A DNA stretch of 34,388 nucleotides from a virus (Duplodnaviria; Caudoviricetes). The position numbers and the translations under genes were made by a program. Numbering within the stretch: the first letter of the stretch is position 1; each line of letters starts with the position of its first letter. Below, one piece after another: positions 1-7,628 of this stretch. The DNA is taken from positions 1-34,388 of IMG/VR virus record IMGVR_UViG_3300043036_000465, one strand, 5' to 3'. The notes beneath the pieces are model-generated. The model had not been told where the DNA came from, made no database searches, and saw only the letters and a program-made list of their open reading frames with translations.

Positions 1-85
1 CGTTAGCGCCCCGCTCTGTAATCAGCCCGAAAGGAACCTATGGGTTCCGGCCGATCGGCGCCGGTTGTGGCGGCGCGGGCATACG

Positions 86-114
86 AAAAAGGCCCGCCGG
101 GGTGGGCGGGCCTT
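86..114 (-). terminator. Intrinsic terminator (tR'-like) downstream of the putative late promoter
   Basis: 10-bp inverted repeat aaggcccgcc (89-98) / ggcgggcctt (105-114); the A run at 86-90 reads as a U-tract on the minus strand. Confidence 0.75.
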
Positions 115-141
115 CGTAAAACGCAGTTATCAGATATTGAC

Positions 142-171
142 GTTATGCCAATGCAATGGGCCGGCTGTCAA
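142..171 (-). promoter_or_regulatory. Putative late promoter (pR'-like) overlapping the 3' end of the late-regulator gene
   Basis: Minus strand TTGACA (171-166), 18-nt spacer, CATAAC (147-142); terminator follows within about 30 nt. Confidence 0.55.
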
Positions 172-781
172 GCCCCTCGCCCCAGGGCGCACGCGGCACC
201 GCTGGATCTGTCACCACGAACGACAGCGGGCGGCACGACAGCTGGAACGCCAGCAGCTGCAGCGCATCCCACCAGCGCTGATACAGCCGCCGGTTCTCTG
301 CCATCGTAACCGGGCTGCTCATCCGCTGCAGCGGGCAGTGATGCCCCATCTTGCCCTGCACGAACATCGTTACCGCTTCCTGTTCGGGCCGCTCCCAGCG
401 CAACGGCGCCAGCCACCGCGCCGGCGCGCTGATCCCGCCTGGCGCTTCCCCCGATCGGCCACAGTCTGTCACCAGCGCCCGTTGATCGTGCGGCAGCTGC
501 ACCACCAGCACAGCCACCAGATCGGCCACCGGATCGGTGTAATCCTTGCCGCGGCTGCCACCATCCACCTGGCAGCCCATCGCCGCGATCCGCTCCACCG
601 CCACACAGCCATCGCCGCTCACCCCGCGCGGCTTACCCGTGATGGCTTCTGCCTCAATGGCGAACAGCCCCGCAAACACATCACCCGCCCGCTGTTCAGC
701 CAGCGCCCAGTGCACCAGCGCATCGATTGCCACCTTGCCACCAGCCCACGGCCGGCCCTGATCGCTCACCTTTTCACTCAT
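143..781 (-). CDS. Hypothetical protein; positional analogue of late antiterminator or activator Q
   Basis: 212-aa ORF, last gene of the leftward early operon, directly followed by a promoter and terminator; no recognisable Q motif. Confidence 0.6.
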   Translation of the reverse strand: MSEKVSDQGRPWAGGKVAIDALVHWALAEQRAGDVFAGLFAIEAEAITGKPRGVSGDGCVAVERIAAMGCQVDGGSRGKDYTDPVADLVAVLVVQLPHDQRALVTDCGRSGEAPGGISAPARWLAPLRWERPEQEAVTMFVQGKMGHHCPLQRMSSPVTMAENRRLYQRWWDALQLLAFQLSCRPLSFVVTDPAVPRAPWGEGLDSRPIALA

Positions 782-801
782 GGGACCATCCTTTCATCAT
801 C

Positions 802-1065
802 GGGATGATCATTGATCAATCATCCCACACTTAAAACCACTACACTTCAACAGCTTAGAAACCCTTTGGGACTTTAGGGATGATTGGGATGATTATTTCC
901 AATGCACATAAGAGAATTCTCTTTGCCCCTTGGCTTTCTCACCCTTCACCCGCGCACACACGTTAGGCGCGAAACATCATCCCTATCATCCCACGCTTTG
1001 AAATCATTCGGGAAAACCCTCCCACGATGGTCCCGCATTGGGATGATCATCCTCCCAATCATCCT
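802..1065. repeat. GGGATGAT/ATCATCCC iteron array; putative replication origin
   Basis: GGGATGAT at 802, 877, 886 and 1040; ATCATCCC at 819, 976 and 985; near copies at 1046 and 1058; AT-richer intergenic DNA next to the helicase gene. Confidence 0.7.
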
Positions 1066-2800
1066 TTATCCCATCGATCCGGGGTCCAAGGGCCTCGCGC
1101 CGGATGGCTGGCAAGCCCTCCCGCTCCACCACGAACGCGCCTTCCTCCCGCACCAGGCGCAGCCCCAGGTAATGGACCGTGCTGGACTGTATCGATTTGA
1201 ACCCCTTGTTTCGCATCGCCGCGCCAAAGCCCTTTTGGCTCCACGGCTTTTCCCCTTCGAACAGGCACCACGCCGCATAGACGCGATACAGCGCGGTGGA
1301 CTGCACCCGCGCCGCGGGATCGATCACCGTGCCCAGGCGCAGGAATCGCGCCAGCGGATCGCGGGTGTCGCGCATGTCGCTGGTGGCGGCCATCACCGCT
1401 TCCACGTTCGGCAGCCCATCGCAGGCCCAATCGGTCAACCCGCGCAGCAAATGGTTCAGGATGCCGCTGGCCTCTGCCATCAGCTTGGGCACCAGCCCAT
1501 CATCGCGTTCGGCTTCCGGGATCGACACATCCCATGGGCACACCCGCACGCGCCGCCAGATCGCCGCATCATCGGATAACTGCGGCTCCGGGTTCATGCT
1601 CACCAATATCTTGAATTCCGGCACAAAGCGGAAAAACGGCTTGTTCAGCTGCCGCGCCGGCAGCGGTTCGCCGCCCGTCACCAGCTTCACCATCGCTTCG
1701 GCAAAGGGCACGTTGCGTGGCGGCTCACTGGTGCGCACCAGGCGCTTGCGGGGCAGTTCGGCCAGGTCAGGGCTGGGCGAAGATCCGCTGCGCACCTTTT
1801 CATCCATAAAAACGGCGATATTCACGGTGATGGCATAATCGCCCCACATCCGGCCCAGCACATCGGCCCAGGTGGATTTCCCGTTCGCCCCCAGCGCGCC
1901 GTGGCAGATCACGAATTTCTGTTCGCCGGTGTCGCCCGTCATCGAATAACCGGCATAAGCATGCAGGAACGCCCGCACCATCGGATCAGGCTGCACCCGG
2001 TTCAGGAACGCATCATAAAGCGGGCTTTTCGCCTCTTGATCATAGATCACCGGCGCCAGCATGGTGATCAGATCCTCCCGCCGATGCTTGCCATGCCGCA
2101 CCGTCGCGCCCACGCCCTTCACGCGGGTGAAATACAGCGTGCCGTTCATCAGGTTGAACGCCATCGGGTTGGCATCCAGATCATCCATCCGCACCGCCAC
2201 CAGGCTGGCGGCCAGCTGGGCAATGGCGGCGATCTTGGCCGCACTTTCCGATGTGCGCCCCCATTGCGCCAGCTTGTCACTGGCCAGCGTGATGCTGTCT
2301 TTCGTGGCCTTCACCACCGGATCAGGGCACGGCCCCAGCGCATCCACGGCGGCATCCAGCTGATCATCATCGATATCGCGTTCTTTGTGGCGCTGCCGCA
2401 ATTCCTCGCGCTTGGCTTCCCACGCCTGGCCGGCCTGATGCCGCGCCGCGGCTTCGAACTGGATGGCCCGCACCGTATCGAACACCGAATCCATCAACCG
2501 CGTGTCGGCATCATCGCGGCTCCACCGCCGCCCATCCCACGCCAGCCAGCCAATTTCGGCGCAGTGCCGATAATCTTGCCCGTGCCGCAGCTGCCAGCGT
2601 TCGGCGTTGCCCAGATCGGTGAGCGGCAGAAACCCTGCCTGCCGGTCCGCCCCCTGCTGTTCCGGGGATCGTTCGGCTGAACCTCCCATCTGGGACCATT
2701 GGCGGGCTTGGCTTCCAGCCAAGGGGCCGGGGGCACCCGCCATCACTTCGGCCGCCAGGGCATCCAGGCCAGCCCCGGCTTCGATCACATCATCACTCAC
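1004..2800 (-). CDS. P4-family / D5-like SF3 helicase (phage or plasmid primase P4 family)
   Basis: D5 N-terminal-like motifs (TDLGNAERW, GWLAWDGRRW, FNLMNGTL), Walker A GANGKST, RLVRTSE, KLVTGGE, AIWRR and a C-terminal winged helix. Confidence 0.92.
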   Translation of the reverse strand: MSDDVIEAGAGLDALAAEVMAGAPGPLAGSQARQWSQMGGSAERSPEQQGADRQAGFLPLTDLGNAERWQLRHGQDYRHCAEIGWLAWDGRRWSRDDADTRLMDSVFDTVRAIQFEAAARHQAGQAWEAKREELRQRHKERDIDDDQLDAAVDALGPCPDPVVKATKDSITLASDKLAQWGRTSESAAKIAAIAQLAASLVAVRMDDLDANPMAFNLMNGTLYFTRVKGVGATVRHGKHRREDLITMLAPVIYDQEAKSPLYDAFLNRVQPDPMVRAFLHAYAGYSMTGDTGEQKFVICHGALGANGKSTWADVLGRMWGDYAITVNIAVFMDEKVRSGSSPSPDLAELPRKRLVRTSEPPRNVPFAEAMVKLVTGGEPLPARQLNKPFFRFVPEFKILVSMNPEPQLSDDAAIWRRVRVCPWDVSIPEAERDDGLVPKLMAEASGILNHLLRGLTDWACDGLPNVEAVMAATSDMRDTRDPLARFLRLGTVIDPAARVQSTALYRVYAAWCLFEGEKPWSQKGFGAAMRNKGFKSIQSSTVHYLGLRLVREEGAFVVEREGLPAIRREALGPRIDGIKDDWEDDHPNAGPSWEGFPE

Positions 2801-3945
2801 AGCCCACCCCCGATCGCGTGAACCCCTTCACGCGCCGCATCGTTGAAATCTTTGCCCCACGCCGGGCGCAGCGCCCGCGGCGCGGCCCCGGCCCGCCGCC
2901 AGTGCTGGGTGGCCAGGGCGGCGCACACTTCGGCGCGCTCCCGCTGGCCCAGCACGGCTTCCCGCACTACGCCGCCGGCCCGAACCTTCACCTTGATCGG
3001 GCTCATGTCGGCATCGATGCCGATCACCACATCGCGGGCATGGCGCACCAGGAACGGCGGCCGCGCGGCATCGGCCGCCACCGGCAACAGCAGCGCGCCC
3101 AGATCATCGCGCAGCGCCCCGCCCTGCAGATTGTCCAGGCTCAACACGGCCGCCACGCTGCGCGCCTGCATCACCTGGCCCAGCGCCCAGGCGCTTTCGA
3201 TGCCTTCACCGATCACCAGCGGGTTCGAACCCACCGCCCGACACAGCCACACCGCACCGCCACCCACGCGCCCGAACATCTTGCGCGTGGTTTTCAGATC
3301 GGCCTTGGCCCGGCCATCGGCCGTCAAATAGGTCACGTGGCAGGCTGGCCACGGCCGCCCATCGGGGCCACTGATCGGTGCGATCATGGCGGGCCGGCGC
3401 GGCACATCTTCATCGCTGCCGCCGATCGGCCATGCCCGCACCGGGCAATCCGCCAGGAACATCAGCCCTGTTTGCAGCGCGCCGGGCAGCGCATAAGGAT
3501 TAAGCCCGCGCGCCCACAGCCATTGTTCCACGATCGTGCCCGCCGCTGGCACGGCACCGGCCAGGATGAACCGCGCCACTTCGGCGGAATCCACCGTTTC
3601 GGGTTCCACCAGTTCCCGCGCCGGCCGCGCCACCTGCGGCGCACTGGCCCGGCGGTGATCGTCACCCACCAGCGCCCGCGCCGCGGCCAGCGGGCCATCA
3701 TGGCCGCCGGCCAGCTGTTCGAACTTGATCACATCGCCCGAAAGCCCGCAGCCGTGGCACTTCCACAGCCCATCCTTCACCTTGGCCGAAAACGGGCTGG
3801 ATTTGGATTTCGCGCCCGCGCCGCACAACGGGCAAGCCCCGCGCGCCGCATCGCCCCGCGCCCGCAGATTCCCGCCACGTGCCCGCACCGCTTCGATGAT
3901 CGAAACAGCGCGGGCGCGGGCAAAAATGTCATCTGGCGCTGTCAC
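2797..3945 (-). CDS. DNA primase with CHC2-like zinc finger and Toprim domain
   Basis: CPLC...WKCHGC zinc finger with GDVI; Toprim motifs GEGIES, IDAD and GKDFND; 4-nt overlap with the helicase gene. Confidence 0.85.
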   Translation of the reverse strand: MTAPDDIFARARAVSIIEAVRARGGNLRARGDAARGACPLCGAGAKSKSSPFSAKVKDGLWKCHGCGLSGDVIKFEQLAGGHDGPLAAARALVGDDHRRASAPQVARPARELVEPETVDSAEVARFILAGAVPAAGTIVEQWLWARGLNPYALPGALQTGLMFLADCPVRAWPIGGSDEDVPRRPAMIAPISGPDGRPWPACHVTYLTADGRAKADLKTTRKMFGRVGGGAVWLCRAVGSNPLVIGEGIESAWALGQVMQARSVAAVLSLDNLQGGALRDDLGALLLPVAADAARPPFLVRHARDVVIGIDADMSPIKVKVRAGGVVREAVLGQRERAEVCAALATQHWRRAGAAPRALRPAWGKDFNDAAREGVHAIGGGL

Positions 3946-4002
3946 TTGGGGGCAAACTCCCGTGGCGCACGGCGGCGCGGTTCAATTCAGCAGTGTGAAA
4001 AT

Positions 4003-4200
4003 TCAGGTGGTGCGGATTTCGCCAGCCACCGGCGCGCGGGCGATCGTCACCCGGCATTCAAAACCATCAGGCAGCGGCACCACCCGGAACGTGCCCACTG
4101 GGCCCAGCTGCACCGGATCTTCCCGGCCCCGCTCCACCAGCGCATCATAGGCCCGCGCCACGTTAAGCCGCGCATCGCGCCAGGCATCAGTGGCCGTCAT
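4003..4200 (-). CDS. Hypothetical protein (65 aa)
   Basis: ATGA overlap with the upstream gene in the operon. Confidence 0.6.
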   Translation of the reverse strand: MTATDAWRDARLNVARAYDALVERGREDPVQLGPVGTFRVVPLPDGFECRVTIARAPVAGEIRTT

Positions 4201-4502
4201 GCCCCCACCACCCGCAGGTTCGGCTGTTCGGCTTCAAGCGGATCGCCCGAAGCCCGGCCGCCGTGCGCCAGAGGCTGCAGGCTCAATTCAATGCTGCCCA
4301 GATAACCAAAGCAATCGGCCACCAGCTGTTCCCAATCGCGGCCCAGATAATGCACCGGCCGCCACTGCAGCAGCTTGCGCAGATCACCCACATCGCAAAG
4401 CGTGGGTTTCGCCGCCAGCGCCGCCAGCGCGCTACGCATCGCGCGCGCCCAACCCGGCACCGTAACCGGCACCTGCGTGCCATCGCTTAACAGCACGTTC
4501 AT
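4197..4502 (-). CDS. Hypothetical protein (MNVLLSDG..., 101 aa)
   Basis: Start moved to the ATG at 4502, which overlaps the thioredoxin stop codon (ATGA). Confidence 0.6.
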   Translation of the reverse strand: MNVLLSDGTQVPVTVPGWARAMRSALAALAAKPTLCDVGDLRKLLQWRPVHYLGRDWEQLVADCFGYLGSIELSLQPLAHGGRASGDPLEAEQPNLRVVGA

Positions 4503-4846
4503 GCCGCCACCTTTGCCGGGTTGATCACGCCTGAAATCCATTCCGCCCACTGCCCGGCGCTGGCGGCGCCCAGGCGCACGCCGGCCAGCCCGCCATCGCG
4601 GTACAGGGCCAGCGTGGGCACGCCCTGCACATTGGCCGCCAGCGCCATGCCTTGGCATTCATCCAGTTCTGCCAGCAACACCGGCACGCCGACGATCGTC
4701 CTAGCCAGCGCCACCGCCTCGCCTTCGGCCTTGCGGCACGGCGGGCACCAGCTGGCGGTAAAAATCACCACCACCGGGCCGGCAATGCCAATAGCAAGCG
4801 GCAGCGTGCGATCATCCACCTGGCGCAGTGATGCCGGACGGTTCAT
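4499..4846 (-). CDS. Thioredoxin family protein
   Basis: FTASWCPPC active-site motif, VQGVPTL cis-Pro loop, 115 aa. Confidence 0.88.
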   Translation of the reverse strand: MNRPASLRQVDDRTLPLAIGIAGPVVVIFTASWCPPCRKAEGEAVALARTIVGVPVLLAELDECQGMALAANVQGVPTLALYRDGGLAGVRLGAASAGQWAEWISGVINPAKVAA

Positions 4847-5409
4847 GCCTTGGCCCTTTCGGTTTCGATGCCCAGGGCCGGGATGCCAAACACCCGCAGG
4901 CCCTTTTCGCGGCGCACCGCGATCAACCCATCGCGTTCGAGCCGGCGCAGAACATCGCGCACGCCTTCGATGCTAGAAACATCGCAGGCCGCCCAAAAAT
5001 CTTCATTACTGGGCGAAGGATGCCCGCCAAGCGCAGCGGCCTTGATCTTTTCAAACACCACATCGGTGGCAAGCCGGCGGGCCTTTGGTGCTGCTGCAGT
5101 GCCAGACTTTGGCGCCACCAGCAGCGGCCACGCCGCTGGCACTTCCCGGCCCGTTCGCACTAGGTGCCATTCCCATCGGGCATCGCCCGATGGCGCCGCC
5201 GCCTTCCACGCCGCGATCAGCAACTTTGCACCCACCAGCGCCTGCACCCGCTGGCCCACCACATCATCCACTAGGTACGTCATCGCCACCGGGCCGATCA
5301 TTTGGCGCGCGCCAGGGCGGGCATGGCCCACCCACTTGTTTAGCCAATCAATGCTGCCGATCATCACCGGTTGGCTCAGAACAGGATCAAAGGCGCCATC
5401 CGGCATCAC
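4843..5409 (-). CDS. Protein with a C-terminal LexA-like winged-helix DNA-binding domain
   Basis: C-terminal PSNEDFWAACDVSSIEGVRDVLRRLERDGLI resembles the LexA wHTH pattern; overlaps both neighbouring genes. Confidence 0.65.
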   Translation of the reverse strand: MMPDGAFDPVLSQPVMIGSIDWLNKWVGHARPGARQMIGPVAMTYLVDDVVGQRVQALVGAKLLIAAWKAAAPSGDARWEWHLVRTGREVPAAWPLLVAPKSGTAAAPKARRLATDVVFEKIKAAALGGHPSPSNEDFWAACDVSSIEGVRDVLRRLERDGLIAVRREKGLRVFGIPALGIETERAKA

Positions 5410-5894
5410 AACACACCTTTTTCAAGTTGATCTGCAGCCGCACGGATTGCTGCCGTTTTGGCCATCACATTGTCGCAATCGACAATGATGCGGCGGTGAT
5501 TGCTGGCACCGCCGGCCATCACCGCCAGCCCAGCCAATAATGCCGCCGATTCCTTTGAAAGTTCGGCGATAGCCGACAGCGGATCGATGCCGCCCAACTG
5601 TTCCACCGGCACCAACGCGAAGCCCGCTTCAGCCGCCAGATGCGCCAGCAGCTGCACCGCACCGGCATGGCCACGTGTCACCGCCATAAGATCGCGCAGA
5701 GCATCCACCGGCAGCCAGCGATCCGGCTGATTAATGCAGCCTGCAGCTGCGAGTTGCGATTTACCGACACGGCACAACCGGGCCGCCATTTCGCAGCCGT
5801 CTGCCGCCTCCACCAGCGCCCGCGTGGCCCGCTTTAATGCCTGATCCCGCGGCTGCATCGCCGCACTATTCGGCATGCTCATTTCCGCATCCAT
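5406..5894 (-). CDS. CII-like phage regulatory protein
   Basis: Lies downstream of cro; N-terminal HTH-like AARLCRVGKSQL, then LPVDALRDL and LAAEAGFALVP, then a helical tail; exact start uncertain (5894, 5882 or 5876). Confidence 0.65.
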   Translation of the reverse strand: MDAEMSMPNSAAMQPRDQALKRATRALVEAADGCEMAARLCRVGKSQLAAAGCINQPDRWLPVDALRDLMAVTRGHAGAVQLLAHLAAEAGFALVPVEQLGGIDPLSAIAELSKESAALLAGLAVMAGGASNHRRIIVDCDNVMAKTAAIRAAADQLEKGVL

Positions 5895-6193
5895 GCGGAA
5901 AATTCACTGATCTTTCCGCATGACATTACAGGCAATGAACGCGAAATCTGCCGGCCATGATGCACACCACCCCGAAGCAACAGATCGAACCGGCAATCGG
6001 TGGGCGCGGCCACTTCCAATGCCGAACCCACCGACGCCCCTGCAGCCGCCAAGGTCGCGGCGTGGCCAGCTGGCAGAAAAATTTGGGTGGCGGGCGCCAG
6101 GGAGAATTCCACACGCCCGCCACCCGCCGCGCCGGGGGCCTCAAATGGGGGGGTAAAGCCCCCGCGCGGAAACTGGATAATCTGGGCACTCAC
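5879..6193 (-). CDS. Possible hypothetical protein overlapping the twin-hairpin element
   Basis: GTG start overlaps the cro stop (GTGA), but the ORF is low-complexity and spans strong hairpins; may be non-coding. Confidence 0.3.
   Translation of the reverse strand: MSAQIIQFPRGGFTPPFEAPGAAGGGRVEFSLAPATQIFLPAGHAATLAAAGASVGSALEVAAPTDCRFDLLLRGGVHHGRQISRSLPVMSCGKISEFSAWMRK
6085..6169 (-). promoter_or_regulatory. Twin stem-loop RNA element after cro
   Basis: Stem 6127-6139/6158-6169 (one bulge) and perfect 12-bp stem 6085-6096/6114-6125, separated by a single nucleotide (6126). Confidence 0.6.
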
Positions 6194-6417
6194 GCTGCAG
6201 CCCTCGTCACATCATCGATACCCAGCCCAACCAGGAAATCCGCCGGCAGCGGGTGGCCCAGTTCATCGGCCAACGCCTTAACACGCAGCAGAAAGGCCGC
6301 CGGCACACCGCGGCGCCGCCAATTGTTGGCGCGAGTTGGGGACACCTGCAGGCGGGTGCACAACGTGCGCGGGCCAATGGCATCCAAAACCCGGTGATGG
6401 CTATGCAGGTCGTTCAT
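6190..6417 (-). CDS. Cro-like small HTH protein
   Basis: 75 aa from the ATG at 6417; HTH LCTRLQVSPTRANNWRRRGVP; divergent from the repressor. Confidence 0.8.
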   Translation of the reverse strand: MNDLHSHHRVLDAIGPRTLCTRLQVSPTRANNWRRRGVPAAFLLRVKALADELGHPLPADFLVGLGIDDVTRAAA

Positions 6418-6424
6418 GCCCACA

Positions 6425-6453
6425 AATATCCACGCAGCGTGGTTTTTTGTCAA
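6425..6453 (-). promoter_or_regulatory. Leftward early promoter with embedded operator CCAC-N5-GTGG
   Basis: TTGACA (6453-6448), 17 nt, GATATT (6430-6425); palindrome ccacgcagcgtgg at 6430-6442. Confidence 0.8.
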
Positions 6454-6504
6454 CCCGGCATCGCAAATGGCGCACACTGCCGCAATTGCGTTAGGCGTTG
6501 ACGC

Positions 6505-6912
6505 GTGGATATCGCATCACGCCTTCGTTCTTTGCTAAAATCCAGCGGCCTATCGCAGGCTGAAGTGGCGCGGCGCGCTGGCATCAGCGCCACTAGGTTT
6601 AACAATTATGTTTCGGGCGATCGCATACCGGATAACCAGATGCTGGATCGAATCGCAGCGATCCTGGGCACCGATGCCGATCAACTGAACGGCGCGACAG
6701 AAAGCCTTTCCACCGTACTGGCTGGCATCCTTACAACGCTGTTTCGCTTGAATGGACTGCCCCCGGAACGGGGCGCCTTAATGGCTGAAGTTGCTGTCGA
6801 AGCGCTTCGAGCAATTCGATCTCTGCCAGACGATGGCGATGCTGAATTGCGCTCTCGCCTGGCGGCGCAGATTGCCTGGCAGCAGCACACCGGGCCAAAG
6901 CCCCAGCTATAA
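6505..6912 (+). CDS. CI-like repressor, XRE-family HTH, without an S24 peptidase domain
   Basis: LSQAEVARRAGISATRFNNYVSGDRIP HTH; divergent from cro; the C-terminus is short and helical. Confidence 0.85.
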   Translation: MDIASRLRSLLKSSGLSQAEVARRAGISATRFNNYVSGDRIPDNQMLDRIAAILGTDADQLNGATESLSTVLAGILTTLFRLNGLPPERGALMAEVAVEALRAIRSLPDDGDAELRSRLAAQIAWQQHTGPKPQL

Positions 6913-6973
6913 CCTCATCATAGTTCATGGGCACGGCACACCCTTGCATCAGCTTCGTCACGGCATAGAACAT
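6731..6973 (-). CDS. Candidate SOS-induced ORF or transcript antisense to the 3' half of cI
   Basis: 80-codon ORF with alternative starts at 6949 and 6928; the first ATG lies inside a LexA box; coding status unproven. Confidence 0.3.
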   Translation of the reverse strand: MFYAVTKLMQGCAVPMNYDEVIAGALARCAAARQSAPPGESAIQHRHRLAEIELLEALRQQLQPLRRPVPGAVHSSETAL

Positions 6974-6982
6974 TATGCGAAC
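6968..6982. promoter_or_regulatory. Alphaproteobacterial LexA (SOS) box
   Basis: GAAC-attatgc-GAAC, a perfect GAAC-N7-GAAC; on the minus strand the spacer contains CATAAT (-10-like). Confidence 0.75.
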
Positions 6983-7043
6983 AAAGCTGTGTAGGATAGC
7001 GCCTTAATGCTTGCTTTGCTGACAGCGTAACGCTGATCAATTT

Positions 7044-7058
7044 GTTCCGCATTCGTTC
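7044..7058. promoter_or_regulatory. Second alphaproteobacterial LexA (SOS) box, opposite orientation
   Basis: GTTC-cgcattc-GTTC, a perfect GTTC-N7-GTTC. Confidence 0.75.
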
Positions 7059-7119
7059 AAATTCGTAAAATTTACAGTTCACACATACCCGGCCCGCGCC
7101 GCGCGCCGGGCCAGCATCT

Positions 7120-7171
7120 TCACTTATCGTGGATGTCAGTGGTTGACAACAATCCACTGTGCGTGGATTAT
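7120..7171 (+). promoter_or_regulatory. Rightward early promoter with two operators
   Basis: TTGACA (7143-7148), 17 nt, GATTAT (7166-7171); operator aatccac-tgtgc-gtggatt (7151-7169); degenerate operator tcac-ttatc-gtgg (7120-7132); closely mirrors the leftward promoter. Confidence 0.8.
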
Positions 7172-7200
7172 GCGCCCTCCACAACGGAAGGGCTGATGCC

Positions 7201-7617
7201 ATGTCATCTGTGTTTGAATTTTTCTCTGGCGGCGCCGGGCTGGCGCTGGGCTTTGTCGGCGGCGTTGGCGCGATGATGCTGCGCCGCGACACCCGCCGCG
7301 ATGCGCTGGCCACCGCGCTAGATCTGCAGCGCAACTATGCTGCGCAGCTGCGCGCCAGCCTGCTGGCCCACAGGAACCAGCTGCTGAACTATGGCGCCGG
7401 CAGCCTGCCCGCCATCCCCAACGCCCCGCCCGCGCGCAACGCCGCCGGATGGACGGCTGCCAGCCTTGATCGCATTGCGGATGCGCTTGCCCCGCCAACG
7501 GCCACCGCCGGTGATTTTCTGGGCCTGCCGCCTGATCTGGCCGCAGCCACGATGCGCAAACGCGCCCGAATGGCAGCCGGCAACATTGAGCCCGCCGGCC
7601 ACCAGGCCGCCGCCTGA
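7201..7617 (+). CDS. Hypothetical protein with an N-terminal membrane anchor
   Basis: ATG at 7201 with ggaagg upstream; hydrophobic GAGLALGFVGGVGAMML; first gene after the rightward promoter. Confidence 0.7.
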   Translation: MSSVFEFFSGGAGLALGFVGGVGAMMLRRDTRRDALATALDLQRNYAAQLRASLLAHRNQLLNYGAGSLPAIPNAPPARNAAGWTAASLDRIADALAPPTATAGDFLGLPPDLAAATMRKRARMAAGNIEPAGHQAAA

Positions 7618-7628
7618 TTTCAGTTGAA

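Noticed and set aside
40-808. Plus-strand ORFs 40-309 and 65-808
   Set aside because: Antisense to the 212-aa operon gene and crossing the promoter-terminator signals; Arg/His/Pro-rich shadow composition
802-1065. CRISPR-like array
   Set aside because: Repeats are 8 nt, in both orientations and irregularly spaced; no cas genes
6481-6490. Palindrome cgcaattgcg as a CI operator
   Set aside because: Does not match the CCAC-N5-GTGG motif shared by both early promoters; no second copy seen in the control region
6918-7334. 138-aa minus-strand ORF across the cI-to-promoter gap
   Set aside because: Crosses promoter, operators and LexA boxes and overlaps a better plus-strand gene; a short version from 7052 cannot be fully excluded
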